From Octopus bimaculoides (taxonomy: Eukaryota), in the NCBI RefSeq assembly GCF_001194135.2, contig NC_069007.1, forward strand, positions 11,555,691 to 11,619,690: 64,000 nt of DNA, read 5' to 3'. The position numbers and the translations under genes are program-made. The notes below the pieces were generated by a model. It was not told the DNA's origin. It did not search any database and saw nothing but the letters and a program-made list of their open reading frames with translations. Of the stretch, positions 50,090 to 63,901 are shown in pieces. Position 1 is the stretch's first letter; every line of letters begins with the position of its first letter.

Positions 50090-50455
50090 ATCATCATCAT
50101 CATTTAGCATTTGTTTTTCCATTCTGGCATGGGTAAGATGGTTTACATGGAACAAATAAGCCAGAGAGCTGCCCCAGGCTCCAGTTCTCTGTTTTGGCTC
50201 GGTTTCTATGGCTTGACACCCTTCATAATGCCAGCCACTCCATAGAGTCTACTGTGTGTCTTTTATGCATCACCAGCTCTGATGCACTTCGTGTAACATG
50301 TGCTCTGGTCACTTGAATTGGAGCCGTCCCTCTGTCATCAGCACTGGCCATGGCTATGATTTCACTTAGTTTGGCACATTTTCTAAAGCACAGCAAATTG
50401 CCAAAGTCTTGGTCACTCGTCATTGCCTCCATGAGACTCAGCATCCGAAGATCAT
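50090..50455 (-). mobile_element. SINE family S3
   Basis: (CAT)n followed by a reverse-complement S3 body. Confidence 0.65.
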
Positions 50456-50501
50456 ATTTCACCATCTTATAATTACTATGTGTGTACACACACAAACACA
50501 C

Positions 50502-50564
<63 letters not shown>

Positions 50565-51409
50565 TGTGGTACAACAATGCACCAATATTTACTAGAAATA
50601 GCAGTCAATAATATATGATGGTAAATTAAAGCTTCACTGTGTATATATATATTGGCAAAAATGTTTACGAGTGGCAAATATAAAGATTTTCAGCTTACCT
50701 GTAGGAAGAACATTAGATAAATGTACAACCCAGATGTGGATAATCTAGGACCTAGATTTCGAACTTTCCAAGAGCTTGCAAGAAGCAATGAAAATTTTTG
50801 AAAGACAAAATAATAAATGAGTGGAGATTGAACCAGTGAGTGTGTTAATTAATAAGGCATTAAAACAGAATGACTCTCCCCAGTTACGACAAAATATGCT
50901 TCAACACATGAATTCACATAAAGAATCTTGCAAACCAAATATAAAAATTAAATATATATATATCATCATCATTTAGCGTCTGCTAGCTATGATGGCATGG
51001 GTTGCACATTGTGACCAGAGCTGGCAAAGAACCACATTTACCTTATGTACAACAGTATATATGCGTATGTGTGTATGTTTTGTGTGTCAGTACTTATGTG
51101 CGTAAATGTGTGTTTGTGTACATGTGTGTGAGTATACACAGGCCCATATATATGTATATGATTATAATAGCTGTGTTAGCCTTCAGCTATATTACACATG
51201 AAATCATGTCATGAATGAAATCCATCTCTTCATATAAACACTTGCTGTGAAGAGAAGGCTGTCATCCATTTCTTGATAATCCAGAAATATTGATGCATAA
51301 ACAGTTATCTTATAAAATAGAAAACAACAGAGATACTTAACCTATGTTTTATATATATTTTATATATTTTCATTTCTATATTTTTTATAATTGTGGGGAG
51401 TCAGGTCTA

Positions 51410-51570
51410 TGGATTCAGTTTTTATTTATCTTTTACTTGTTTCAGTCATTAGACTGTGGCCATGCTGGAGCACTGCCTTGAAGAACTTTTTATTGAATGA
51501 GTCAACCCCTGTATTTAGTTTGTTTTTTTTTTTTAAACCCGGAAACCCGGTACTTATCCTATTGGTCTTT
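51410..51570 (-). mobile_element. SINE S1 tail
   Basis: Reverse-complement S1 tail. Confidence 0.7.
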
Positions 51571-51634
51571 ATTGCATGAATACTTACAACATGCACACAT
51601 CTTTGTCAATATATGTGTGTGTGTGTGTGTGTAT

Positions 51635-51880
51635 TGGCAGAAACGTTAGCATGCCAAGCGACATGCACAGCAGTATTTCGTCTGTCTTTACGTTCTGAGT
51701 TCAAATTCTGCTGGGGTCGACTTTGCCTTTCATCATTTTGGGGGGACGATAAATTAAGTACCAGGTTGGGACAAAAAAATAAGCGAAGGCTGGTGACAGA
51801 AAGGGCATCCAGCCATAGAAAATTTACTTCAACAAATTCCTTCCGATCCATGCCAGCATGGAAAAGAGGACGTTAAATGA
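51635..51880 (+). mobile_element. SINE S2 followed by an S3 tail
   Basis: S2 head and core, then aagggcatccagc..atggaaaagaggacgttaaatga. Confidence 0.7.
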
Positions 51881-52430
51881 TTCTCAATGTCGATACACAC
51901 TTTGAGTTAAGAAAATATTTGCTTGAAATACTGAACGTTTATGAATAATATACATAATTATGCGTGTGTTCATGCATGTGTATTTATTTGTGCATAAGTG
52001 CAAATAAGTGTGTATGTTTATGCATATATCTGTGTATGTGGTTGTATATGTGCGTGCTTGTGCGTGGTCTGTGCAATTATGTGTGTCTGTGTCATTATGT
52101 AAACTTAGATGTGTATGTCTGTGTGTGTGTGTGTGTGTGTGCTTGTGAATATGTCTATATAAATGTATGCATGTGTATATGCTATGTAAATGTAGCTGTG
52201 TGTGTGTGTGTAATTATGTTTTGGATTATAAATCCCCAAGCAATAATTTTCTATTGATAAGGTGAAATAAATCACACAGAATCACATGCCTAAATAAACA
52301 CACATACGCAGAATACATATTGATATTACATGCACACATACCAACATATACACTAGCACACACACACACACATATATGTGTGTATATGTATGTATATGTG
52401 TGTATAGCTTTATGCATATGTGTGTTTGTG

Positions 52431-52472
<42 letters not shown>

Positions 52473-52769
52473 CACATTCATACATACATATATACATACA
52501 GATATTTAAGACGGTATGTCTACATATATATAGATATATATATATATATATATATATATAGTATGTATGTACGTATATATATATGATCGTGTGTATACCT
52601 GTATGTAGTTGGATCTATATAAATATATGTATGTGTGTGTGTCTCAATACATATACATAAATATATCAATGCATGTGTACACGAGGCTCGTTTTATGGCC
52701 AAAACCTTGGGAGACAAGAAATATAAATTTATGAATTTGAAATGAATTAATGTGTGGAGTTATAGCAAC

Positions 52770-53063
52770 GGAAACAACAACAACAACAACAACACCACCA
52801 GAGGTGGGGATGTTGAAAGTGATGGTGGTGTGGTGGAGGCTTGGTGATGGTGGTCGACATGGTTCAGACTGTTGTTGTTGTTGGTGGTGGTGGTGGTAGT
52901 GGTGATGATGGTGGGCGTAATGACGGTGGTGTTGCTGTTGTTGTTGGTAGTGGTAGTGGTGGTGGTGATGATGGTAGGTGTCATGATGGTGGTGTTGCTG
53001 TTGTCGGTTGAAGTGGTGATGGTGGTTATGATGATGGCTGTAAGGATGGAGGCATTGTTGCTG

Positions 53064-53095
<32 letters not shown>

Positions 53096-53150
53096 GGTAG
53101 TGGTGGTGATCGATATAAGGATGGAAGTGGGATGTTGTTGTTGTTAGTGG
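52770..53150. repeat. (GTT)/(GGT)/(GAT) compound repeat with a ~60-bp higher-order unit
   Basis: Visible in sequence. Confidence 0.85.
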
Positions 53151-53629
53151 TGGTATTTATAATAATTTCTTAAAATGATAACAGTAAACAATGAAAACAA
53201 TCAAAGCAAAAATTAGGGTAACAACAGTCAGTGCAGTAACTGATACACAAAAACAACAACAAAAATAATACCAACATCATCATCCAGTATCATAACAACA
53301 GCAACAACCATAGTACACAACAACAGCATAATCAAGCACTACAAAAACACTAACAACAACAACAATCACATCTTCTTTCAACCGTTTTCAGTATTTCTTA
53401 CAACATTGGAAATTTCCAGGGTTGAATTACAAGATAATTTGGGTGGATGTTTGTGTGTGCGCTTGTTGCATGTGTGTGCATATATATGTGTGTGTGTGTG
53501 TGTGTGTGGGTGTTTGTTTGTTTATTTATGTGTATATGTGTTTGAGTGTGTGCGTGTTTGCATGTGTGTATATATATGTGTTTGTGTATGTTTTTTATGT
53601 GTGTGTGGTGTGTATGTGTTTGTTTGTGT

Positions 53630-53672
<43 letters not shown>

Positions 53673-53716
53673 CATGCGCAGGTATGTATGTGTGTTTGTG
53701 TATATGTGTGTATGTT

Positions 53717-53767
<51 letters not shown>

Positions 53768-54272
53768 GTGTGTGTATGCATGAGTGTGTGTGCATGTTTG
53801 TCTGGTGGTATAAGTGTGTTTTTTGTTTGTGCCATGATCAGTACTTGTGTATGGTTCTGTGTGTATGATATGTACATACATAAGTGTACGCATGCTTGTG
53901 TGGGTGTATGCATGTGTGTGTGTGTCTGTATGTTGGATATATTTCATCTTTACATTGTTTTCTCATTAGAGGAAAGTTTATCTCCAGTTTGGGCATTGCT
54001 GCTACAACAATGATGATGATAGTGGTGGCGGCGGCAGTGGCACTGGTAGTGGCAGTGGCAGTAGTAGTGGTGGTGGTGGTGGTGGTGCACCTCTTCTGTG
54101 CAATATATTACTTTGACGCCAACGTTGATTCCAGTGTTTGATGCTGTTATGTTTAATTGAGAGATTTTAATGAGGAGAATAATTCTTGACTTTTCTTGGG
54201 TGTCTGAGTGGCTCCCTGTGGCTTTGCAAGATAGGATCCTGAGCAACAGAAATATTCAGTAGTATCATCACC

Positions 54273-54322
<50 letters not shown>

Positions 54323-54344
54323 CATCTATATTTGTATATATGTA

Positions 54345-54535
54345 TTTGTGTGTGTGTGTGTATGTGTTTTCCCCCCTCCACCATCACTTGACAGCCGAGT
54401 TGGTGTGTTTACATACCCGTAACTTAGCAGTTCGGCAAAAGGGACCCATAGAATAAGTCTTGGTGTCGTTTTGTTCAACTAAAGGCGGTGCTCCAGCATG
54501 GCCGCAGTCAAATGATTGAAACAAGTAAAAGAGTA
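54345..54535 (+). mobile_element. SINE S1 tail
   Basis: Homologous to 9700-9879. Confidence 0.75.
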
Positions 54536-54929
54536 AATGAATATATGTGTGTGTGTGTGTGTGTGTCTAGCTTGGAAGAGGATATTATATGATGATGATG
54601 ATGATGGAAATGTTTAAAACTTTTGGCACAGATCAGAATAATTTTGGCAGCCCCACCCCTTCCATTGGTGCTGAGCAACTTTGATGCTATCAAGGAATAT
54701 CTACATTCATTTCGTCCCAGAGAATAAAATCCTTTGTCCAGAGTCAACCAATCCAACCATGCCCTGACTATATATTTTGCCTGACATTTCCCTGAAGATT
54801 TATTCTTTCCTCTCAGTTTTTGATTATTTTTTTTCCTCACAGACCATTACCATATTCTGTGATGAAGTACTTTCTTCTTTTGGTATCATTCCACAAGTCA
54901 TTGCTGTATTTGTCTCTCCCAAAATTAAT

Positions 54930-55110
54930 CCCAGTCATGTAGGGGTCCATCTATAAACCCCTTGTAATCCCCACCTCCACAGGAAACACCAGGCACTGCC
55001 ATCCTTGGACCTCACCTTCTGGGTCTTTTCAATTTTACTGATTTCCTTTCGTACAACCACCCTGTCTAGCTTCTCAACAGTAACTCATCCACCAGGACTG
55101 TTTCTGTCAC
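54930..55110 (-). mobile_element. Possible HERO/RLE-type non-LTR C-terminal relic
   Basis: TVLVDEL..YERKSVK../GEVQGWQCLVFPVEVG resembles the recalled pattern IIELTVPWE..ERK..GW..PVEVGCRG. Confidence 0.4.
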
Positions 55111-56020
55111 ATCAGATTCTGCTGTGTGTGTGTGTGTGTGTGTGTGTGCAATAAAATGTGTTGGTACATGTTAGATGGAATGCATAATTCATTTTAATAT
55201 CTGTTGATTTAATTAAAATTTATTTAAGCAACTGGAAGATTTGTGGCATTTTGTGAAATCAATAAAAAAACACAAAACATATTTATGGAAATCAAAGTTG
55301 ATATTTTTCAATATATATAAATGAATATATGTGTGTGGGTGTGGGGTACATCTGTGTGTAGGTTGGGACACACCCACACATACATGTATGCTGTGTGTGT
55401 GNNNNNNNNNNNNNNNNNNNNNNNNNNNNNNNNNNNNNNNNNNNNNNNNNNNNNNNNNNNNNNNNNNNNNNNNNNNNNNNNNNNNNNNNNNNNNNNNNNN
55501 NNNNNNNNNNNNNNNNNNNNNNNNNNNNNNNNNNNNNNNNNNNNNNNNNNNNNNNNNNNNNNNNNNNNNNNNNNNNNNNNNNNNNNNNNNNNNNNNNNNN
55601 NNNNNNNNNNNNNNNNNNNNNNNNNNNNNNNNNNNNNNNNNNNNNNNNNNNNNNNNNNNNNNNATATATATATATGTGCTGAGTGTGATATATATATATA
55701 TATATATATAAACACATATACATACACACACATGATGATAGTTTTGCAAGTAAATTTAAAATAGTATCCAGTGATTTAACACTTTAATTTTGTAATTCAG
55801 ATTTCAAGGTGATTCCCCTAATTTTGTTAATTATCCTCTAGAATTTAGACTCTGTATTTTGTTTGAGTCATGTTGCTTTGTGATAAACCTGACACACTTT
55901 TAACCTCAGGTAAACTGGTATATACAATTGCTTTTACTCGTTAATAGTGGTAACCTTTTGCATCGATATACCTGATGCCCACATTGAAAGAGTTGTTATA
56001 CTTGTACTGTATATGTACCT

Positions 56021-56639
56021 TTAACCATTTAGCGCTTAAACTGGCCATATCCAGCCCAAATGTTCAACCTTTTTTATTTTCAAATTAACCAGATCTAGCC
56101 TCTCACACCTACCTTACAATGTCATTCTAAAGATAAACAATGACATTATTGAAATCTTGAAGCCCCAGGATAATACATGATTAATTCAAGACAATGTGAA
56201 TAAATAAGAATTACGTTTGACAGAATAATATGAACACCGAGGGGTTAAACTAGCCATCATGTCTGGCTGAAATATTCTACTTGTTTTATGTTCAGACTAG
56301 CCAGGTCCAGCCTCTCACACCAACCCTATAATGCTATTCTACAAATTAACAATCAGGTCATTGAAATTTTGAAGCTCCAAGATAATACATGATTAATTCA
56401 AGACAATGAGAATAAATAAGCATTACATTTGACAGGATAATCTGAATGCTAAAGGGTTAATCCAGAGCCATATCTGGCCTGAATATTCTATCTGTTTTAT
56501 GTTCAGATAAGCCAGATCCAGCCTCTCACACCTACCCTATATTGCTATTATATAAATTAACAATCACATCATTGAAATCTCAAAGCTTTGAGATAATGCA
56601 TGATTAATTGATCGACTAATCTGAGAATTGATGGGTTAA
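56021..56639 (+). mobile_element. Tandem trimer of the piggyBac-like MITE seen at 691-1126
   Basis: TTAA-ccatttagc start; unit ends atgctaaagggTTAA (56460) and gggttaa (56639). Confidence 0.8.
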
Positions 56640-56689
56640 ATCAGTGAGGACAGAAATGTTTCCTAACCATGATAAACTTATATTTACAT

Positions 56690-57190
56690 GCACCATGCTG
56701 CAAAAATACGTTGCAGTTTGGCATCTGTAACTCTTAAAAAATCTATCTCTCTACAACAATAGCCAATGTCCTTCCTGAGGTCATAAATACCAAAATGGCA
56801 GGTGTTTAAGCAGCATTAGATACTTGTTTTGTTCTTTTAAATTTTTGTCAATGATAATTTTTGCAAAGTCATCCGTAAATTTCTTGGCTACTTTGTAAAT
56901 GTTTGATGTCTCATCACCAGAAATCTTTAAATATTTAATGCTCTGCCCTGTCTTCAATATTTGTAACCAACCTCGTGAATAATCATAGTTATCTTCAATA
57001 TTCAGTTTGTTTTGATCAATTTTATTTTAACGATGACCAACAATCCATTAAGAGGGAAATATTTTGTCAGACTTAATGAAGAATCTACTCAATCAACATT
57101 TGTGTTTATGCTTGATGAAAAATTTTCTGTTTTTAATTATCTCCTGTCCCTCTTGACCAGAATAAAATTTCATCAAAATGACCTTCTCTC
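56690..57190 (-). mobile_element. Tigger/pogo (Jerky/TIGD-like) transposase relic
   Basis: FPLNGLLV../KLNIEDNYDYSRGWLQILK..IKYLKISGDETS..AKKFTDDFAKII resembles the CENP-B HTH to DDE_1 region of Tigger transposases; frameshifted. Confidence 0.75.
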
Positions 57191-57194
57191 TCTC

Positions 57195-57405
57195 TCAAGG
57201 CAGAGAACTGGCAGAAACATTAGCATGCTGGGCAAAATGCTTAATAGCATTTCATCTGTCTTTACATTCTGAGTTCAAATTCCACCGAGGTTGACTTTGC
57301 CTTTCATCCTTTCGGGGGTCGATATATTAAATACCAGTTGCGTACTGGGGTTGATATAATCAACTGGCCCCCTCCCCCAAAATTCCGGGCCTTGTGCCTA
57401 GAGTA
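57195..57405 (+). mobile_element. SINE family S2, full length
   Basis: Head aaggcagagaactggcagaaacattagc to tail gcctagagtagaaaagaat. Confidence 0.85.
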
Positions 57406-57887
57406 GAAAAGAATATTTATAATGATTAAAGCAGTTGGTTAATAACTGATAGAACATTGGACAGTCTGTTTTGTATCCTTGTGCTCAGAGTTCAAATTCT
57501 ACGAAAGTTAACTTTACTTTTAATTCTTTTAAGGTCAATAAGTAAAGTATCAGTGTTGTACTGGGGTCAAGTCTTCTCTTTCTCTCCCTCTTTATTTCTC
57601 CTGTCTGTGTGTGTCTCTTCTTGTCAGAAATAATCTTTGGTCAGAGGTGCAGAGGGATGTGTTGAACCAAGTCTAAAAATGCCCAAAACACATCATATGT
57701 GAAGTGTTGCTATGACAACTATTGACAATAAAATGATGCTAACTAACTGGGCAAGAGAAGCACAACCCACAGTGAGTGAGGTCTCTCCCAACAGCTGACC
57801 ATTCAACACATGGTCCACAACAGCTGGACATTGTCTAGGAACCTTCCGAGTACTTCCTGCATTTCTCTGTTTGTAAATTAGGTAAAG

Positions 57888-58275
57888 TGTGTGGCTGTGT
57901 GGTAAGTAGCTTGCTTACCAACCACATGGTTCCGGGTTCAGTCTCACTGCATGGCACCTTGAGCAAGTGTCTTCTATAGCCTCAGGTTAACCAAAGCCTT
58001 GTGAGTAGATTTCATAGATGGAAACTGAAAGAAGCCCGTCATATATGTATATATATATGTATGTATGTTTGTGTGTCTGTGTTTGTTCCCCCAACATAAC
58101 TTGATAACTGATGCTGGTGTATTTACGTCCCCATAACTTAGTGATTTGGCAAAAGAGATGGAGAGAATAAGTACTTGGCTTACAAAGAATAAGACCTAGA
58201 GTCGATTTGCTGGACTAAAAGGTTGTGCTCCAGCATGGCCACTGTCAAAATGACTGAAACAAGTAAAAGAATAAA
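57888..58275 (+). mobile_element. SINE family S1, full length
   Basis: Homologous to 9450-9879. Confidence 0.85.
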
Positions 58276-58291
58276 AGAATATATATATACG

Positions 58292-58356
<65 letters not shown>

Positions 58357-60365
58357 CATATATGTTATGTATATGTTTGTGTGTGTGTGTGTGTGTATTG
58401 TGATTTCTCAACTAGATCACATGCTGGATTAATAAGCCATGCTCACACTCATATCCATATTGCTTTTGGTAACCCAAGGACTTGCATGAGGAGTCACCAG
58501 GTAAAGTGAATGAATGGTAAACGGTTTATATGGTCGGAAATATAATTATCAGACGTCTTTTCTACATATCAAGCACGGCCATCTTCCTGAAGGGATTTGT
58601 GATTCACCTGCTTTCCTACTTACTAAGACTTCAGACTGTATCTATCTATCTATCTGTCTGTATGTATGAATGTAAGCATGTATGTATGTATATAATACAT
58701 CTATAAATGTGGTGTAAGACAAACCAAAGACATATACTACATTAGGATTTGAACCATGCATCTATAAGTTGCCAAGTATATGGTTCACTAGTTGCACCAA
58801 ATAACATTTGAACAGCTTTAACTGTCTACATAGCTGATGTAAGGTGGTTTTTCATTGGATAATAATGGTAATGTCTAATCTCCTTTCATTTCCCCTGACA
58901 ACTGCAGACAATTTAGCAGCTGTACTGGGAGTCATCTGATATGTATGCGTGCATATATGTATATTATGAATGTATATGCACACACACATATATGCACACT
59001 AGCATATATTTAATAACAGCTACATGTATACATAGAAACCCATGCACACGCATGTATGCATTTATAATTCATAATTAAAAATAACTATTTATGTTATGAG
59101 TAATTACAGTTCATATTCTGAAGTTGCTCTTAGTCATAAACCTAGGAAACTTCCATTGTAACGCTGGAATCTGAAGTAGTTAATTAAGGCAGCCTGTCTT
59201 TGTCTGGTGGCGAAGTGGTTATCAAGTTGTCTGTGATTCTCATGGGATGTGTGAAAAGACTTGGAAACAAAGACTATTAAGTAAAAGCCAAAATGTTTAT
59301 ATGTGTTGTGTTGATAGTGAAATTCCTTCTGAGGCTACTTGGTATAATTAGGTACATAGTCACCTGACAATTATTTTATTACTAGTCATTCAACTTCAAT
59401 TGGTGACACTATGAGGTTTCAGAACTCTCGTGCTTTCAAGTGGCTAAAATGAGTTGATGAATTACCAGCTCTATCAGCTAGCTGTAATCTGCTAATAGGA
59501 TTTGTTGACCCTTAAACTGACTGTTGGCTGAAGAAACTCTTCTGCCCAGACTGTGTCATCTAGTATTGCAAAATGAAGATCAGTCCACCAAACTTCACAT
59601 CCACCATGCTGCTCCCCATGACTTCACTCAAAGATTTTTCATCACTAAGGTTAGCTCCTCTAAATACCCACTATTGGGTGGCTGTTGACCCTTACAAGTT
59701 CCTCCACAATTTGACGGGTTTTGTTTTCCATCTTGCATGGTGTCCAAATCACCCTCCTCATCAAGTATGATGATGATGGTGGTCGTGGTACTTGTGATGT
59801 TGACGATGGTGATGATGAACATCAACAACAGCTACAACTACACCTGCATCAACCAAACTATACTGAAATACTAACCACAGCAACAACAGCATGAACACTG
59901 CCATATATCACCAGACATCTATATTGAAAATACAAAACATCTTTGATAAGGAGCGACCAATAAAATCACCAATGCTGTGGGTGTCATTCATTTGCAGAAT
60001 GCATTGAAACATGACGGATCAGTTTTGACATGAAGTAACCCCTTAGTTTTCTGGAATTAACAACTAACTGAAAGAGTTTCTGCTCAATTAAATAACCCCA
60101 GTCATTAATGAATTAGACTTAAAATGGTGATTTCCTGTACAACGGGGTGGGATTAGTCAGTGTTTGGGGGATACAATTTATAAATTAGATTCAAAAGGAT
60201 TCTAAATTATNNNNNNNNNNNNNNNNNNNNNNNNNNNNNNNNNNNNNNNNNNNNNNNNNNNNNNNNNNNNNNNNNNNNNNNNNNNNNNNNNNNNNNNNNN
60301 NNNNNNNNNNNNNNNNNNNNNNNNNNNNNNNNNNNNNNNNNNNNNNNNNNNNNNNNNNNNNNNNN

Positions 60366-60434
<69 letters not shown>

Positions 60435-60460
60435 GTGTGTGTGTATATATGTATATAAAT

Positions 60461-60524
60461 TACACTGATGAGCCTGCAGATATTTACATGCGTAAATATT
60501 AACAAGCGAAACCATTGGTATGTA
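60461..60524 (+). ncRNA. Type I hammerhead ribozyme with a fully canonical core
   Basis: taca-CTGATGA(60465-71)-gc..atatttac atgc gtaaatat..gc-GAAA(60508-11)-cc att gg-TA^-tgta. G10.1-C11.1 is present, all three stems form, and the cleavage triplet is GUA. Confidence 0.85.
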
Positions 60525-60852
60525 GGTAACCGTTTTTATTTCATATATTTTCATTTCTCTTGCTCATTTGTACATTCTGGTGTTTTGCTGAAATTTTTTT
60601 CCCTGAGGACACACTCTTCGTGGTTAGGCGATTTGACATCTATATCTAGCATATTAGGAGTCCACTGGTGGTCATTCCTCTTAATTTTGTATATATGCCT
60701 ATATATATATGTACATACATATATACATATATATGTGCATATATATATATATATATATTTGTACACTTATGCACATTTGTTTTTCCATGAATTATACATG
60801 ATATCTATGCAGATGTGTATATATATGTATATGTATGTTATATACATATCAG

Positions 60853-60913
<61 letters not shown>

Positions 60914-60943
60914 NNNNNNNNNNTACATACATATATATTCATA

Positions 60944-61075
60944 TACAGGGTGTCCACAAGGTCTAGGTACATGGAGTAAATAAAATCATAACATAAACAA
61001 TTAAATATAAGAAATAATAATGTCTTAAAGTATGTGTTAATCCCCCATGTACCCAGACTTTGTGGACACCCTGTA
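60944..61075. mobile_element. Tc1/mariner-type MITE
   Basis: TA-cagggtgtccacaaggtctaggtacatgg ... ccatgtacccagactttgtggacaccctg-TA. Confidence 0.9.
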
Positions 61076-61140
61076 TATATGCGCATGTGTGTGTGAGTTG
61101 TCAATATCATCAAGTGCAATGCTCATCATGAAACCAATGG

Positions 61141-62387
61141 TATCAGGTCATTAAGAATGAAATGTCCGACTTTGAACTGAAAGTTTATTTTACTTTATCT
61201 CAACAAAAAGCAATGCAGTTAATCAAAGTATGCACCTAAATTGTCAACACAGTTTTACCATTTTATTGGTAGCTTATTTATGCCAGCAGCAAAGAATTCT
61301 GGAAAGCAAGAAGTGATGAAATCATGAAAAGCTGTTTTTGCATCTACTTTCCGATTTGAAGTTTTCTAATGCCTAAAAAACGTGATAGTCAGTTGGTGAA
61401 AGGTCTGGTGAATATGGTGGATGACAGAGTACTTCCAAGTTCAGTCCCTGTTAACTTGAGTAGCGTTCTTTGTGCAACATGTGGTCGAGCATTGTCATGC
61501 AAGAGAATTGGCCTGTCTCTATTGACCAATCTCAGTTGTTTAATTGCAAGTTCACTCATTCCATCCAATTGGTTGATGTACACATCCACTGTAATTAACT
61601 TACCAGGTCTTATGTAGCTGTAGTGGATGACACTATCGCGGGGCCACCCAACAGACACCATTAGCTTTTTTTGGTGAATATTCTTTTTTGGATTGTGTTT
61701 TGGCATTTTGTCTCTATCAAACCATCATGCAGAATGCTTGCTATTGTTGAAAAGAATCCATTTTTAATCACACATAACAATACAAAGCAAAAATGGTTTG
61801 CTTTTATGCTGTGACAGAAAAGAATAGCAAATTTCAAGACAACTTGTCATTTCAGTTCATGTGGTACCCACTTGTCCAGCTTCTTTAACTTGCCGATTTG
61901 TTTCACATGGTCCAATACAGTTGGAATCGATGCATCAAACTTTGCTGCTAACTCACACATAGTTTGAGATGTATCTGCTTCCACTACAGTGTCCAGCTCA
62001 TCATTATCCACCTTGGTTTCAGGTCTTCCATGGGGCTGATTTTCAAGAGTGGAACTTTTCAAACCATCGACGTACAGTGCACTCATTCGCCACATCTTCG
62101 CCAAGCACCTCTCTGATGTTTCAAGCTGTCTGGGATGCACTGGTTCCATGATGGAACTCATAGTCTTAAGCAACACAAACTTTTGATCTGTCCATGGGTT
62201 CACAAAATTTGATTTACAAGAGAAAACTCACAATATAATCAGACATTATGAATTGCATTTCGAAAAGTGATGATGTAACTCTTCAATGTTGTAAAATAAA
62301 GAATTGTCAGGATAAAGCATTAGAGCTAACGACTGTCAAACTTGGTGCATAAGAAAATTGGAAATTTCATTCTTAATGAAATCCTGA
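61141..62387 (-). mobile_element. Full-length decayed mariner transposon (transposase pseudogene)
   Basis: WVPHEL and HDNARPH motifs in different minus frames. TIRs tcaggtcattaagaatgaaatgtcc (61143) and ggaaatttcattcttaatga-aat-cctga (62360-87); about 1.25 kb. Confidence 0.92.
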
Positions 62388-62829
62388 CCATTTATATGCT
62401 AGAATCAATAACATCCTGTTTAACATTTCATGTAAAACTATAACTTCTCTATTTTTCATGTTGAGTGTGATTTTTCTTCTTTTTACTATTCTACAGACAA
62501 CTATGTAATGTGCGTTTGTGCATGCATGCGTGTATGCACCATTCACTGTCTCCCCTACAGCAAAGTACCTGTCTCTATCCTTCTTTCATAATTTATCCTC
62601 TCAGCACCTAGTATCAAGCCATTTCCCTCAATTGTACATTCCTAAACCTCAGTTGAGGAATCTTGTCTTGGGAGTTACTGGGCAACCTCACTAGTGTTGG
62701 TGCCATGTAAAATGCTCCCAGCACTCACTGTAAGGTGGCACTCTTCAAACCTTGCACTAAGAATAAGTACAGGGTAAAATTACTACCTACTTTTATAGCA
62801 AGTTGATGCAGGTAGTGTATCCCATCCCT

Positions 62830-63260
62830 CATTGATTTTTAGCTCATGCAATTGAAAAACATCGCATTATTTCTGGGATGACCCAATATATACATATTGG
62901 CATGTAGAAAGTGCCTTTCAAGCATTGGGCCTCACAGAGGCAATGACAAATGACAGAGATCTTTGCCAATATGATATGCTTGAGTAGAAGACCTATCAAG
63001 CCAAATGATATCATAATCGTGGCAGATTCTGGTGTTACACAACTGGTACTTGGGCTGGTGGCACATAAAAGCACCCATTACACTCTCAGAGTGGTCGGTG
63101 TCAGGAAGGGCATCCAGCTGTAGAAACCATGCCAAATAAGACTGGAGTCTGGTGCAGCCCCTCAGCTTACCAGCCCGGGTCAAAGAAATGAAACCTATGC
63201 CAGCATGGACAACGGACATTAAATGATGATGGTGATGGTGATGATGATGATGATGATGAT
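62830..63260 (+). mobile_element. SINE family S3 with (GAT)n tail
   Basis: gtcaggaagggcatccagctgtagaaac..gcatggacaacggacattaaatgatgatg. Confidence 0.8.
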
Positions 63261-63298
<38 letters not shown>

Positions 63299-63835
63299 TT
63301 AATTGAAATATATGTATGCTGAAACGTGATTATATATATATATANNNNNNNNNNNNNNNNNNNNNNNNNNNNNNNNNNNNNNNNNNNNNNNNNNNNNNNN
63401 NNNNNNNNNNNNNNNNNNNNNNNNNNNNNNNNNNNNNNNNNNNNNNNNNNNNNNNNNNNNNNNNNNNNNNNNNNNNNNNNNNNNNNNNNNNNNNNNNNNN
63501 NNNNNNNNNNNNNNNNNNNNNNNNNNNNNNNNNNNNNNNNNNNNNNNNNNNNNNNNNNNNNNNNNNNNNNNNNNNNNNNNNNNNNNNNNNNNNNNNNNNN
63601 NNNNNNNNNNNNNNNNNNNNNNNNNNNNNNNNNNNNNNNNNNNNNNNNNNNNNNNNNNNNNNNNNNNNNNNNNNNNNNNNNNNNNNNNNNNNNNNNNNNN
63701 NNNNNNNNNNNNNNNNNNNNNNNNNNNNNNNNNNNNNNNNNNNNNNNNNNNNNNNNNNNNNNNNNNNNNNNNNNNNNNNNNNNNNNNNNNNNNNNNNNNN
63801 NNNNNNNNNNNNNNNNNNNNNNNNNNNNNNNNNNN

Positions 63836-63898
<63 letters not shown>
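63836..63898. repeat. (CT)n microsatellite
   Basis: Visible in sequence; adjacent to an N gap. Confidence 0.95.
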
Positions 63899-63901
<3 letters not shown>

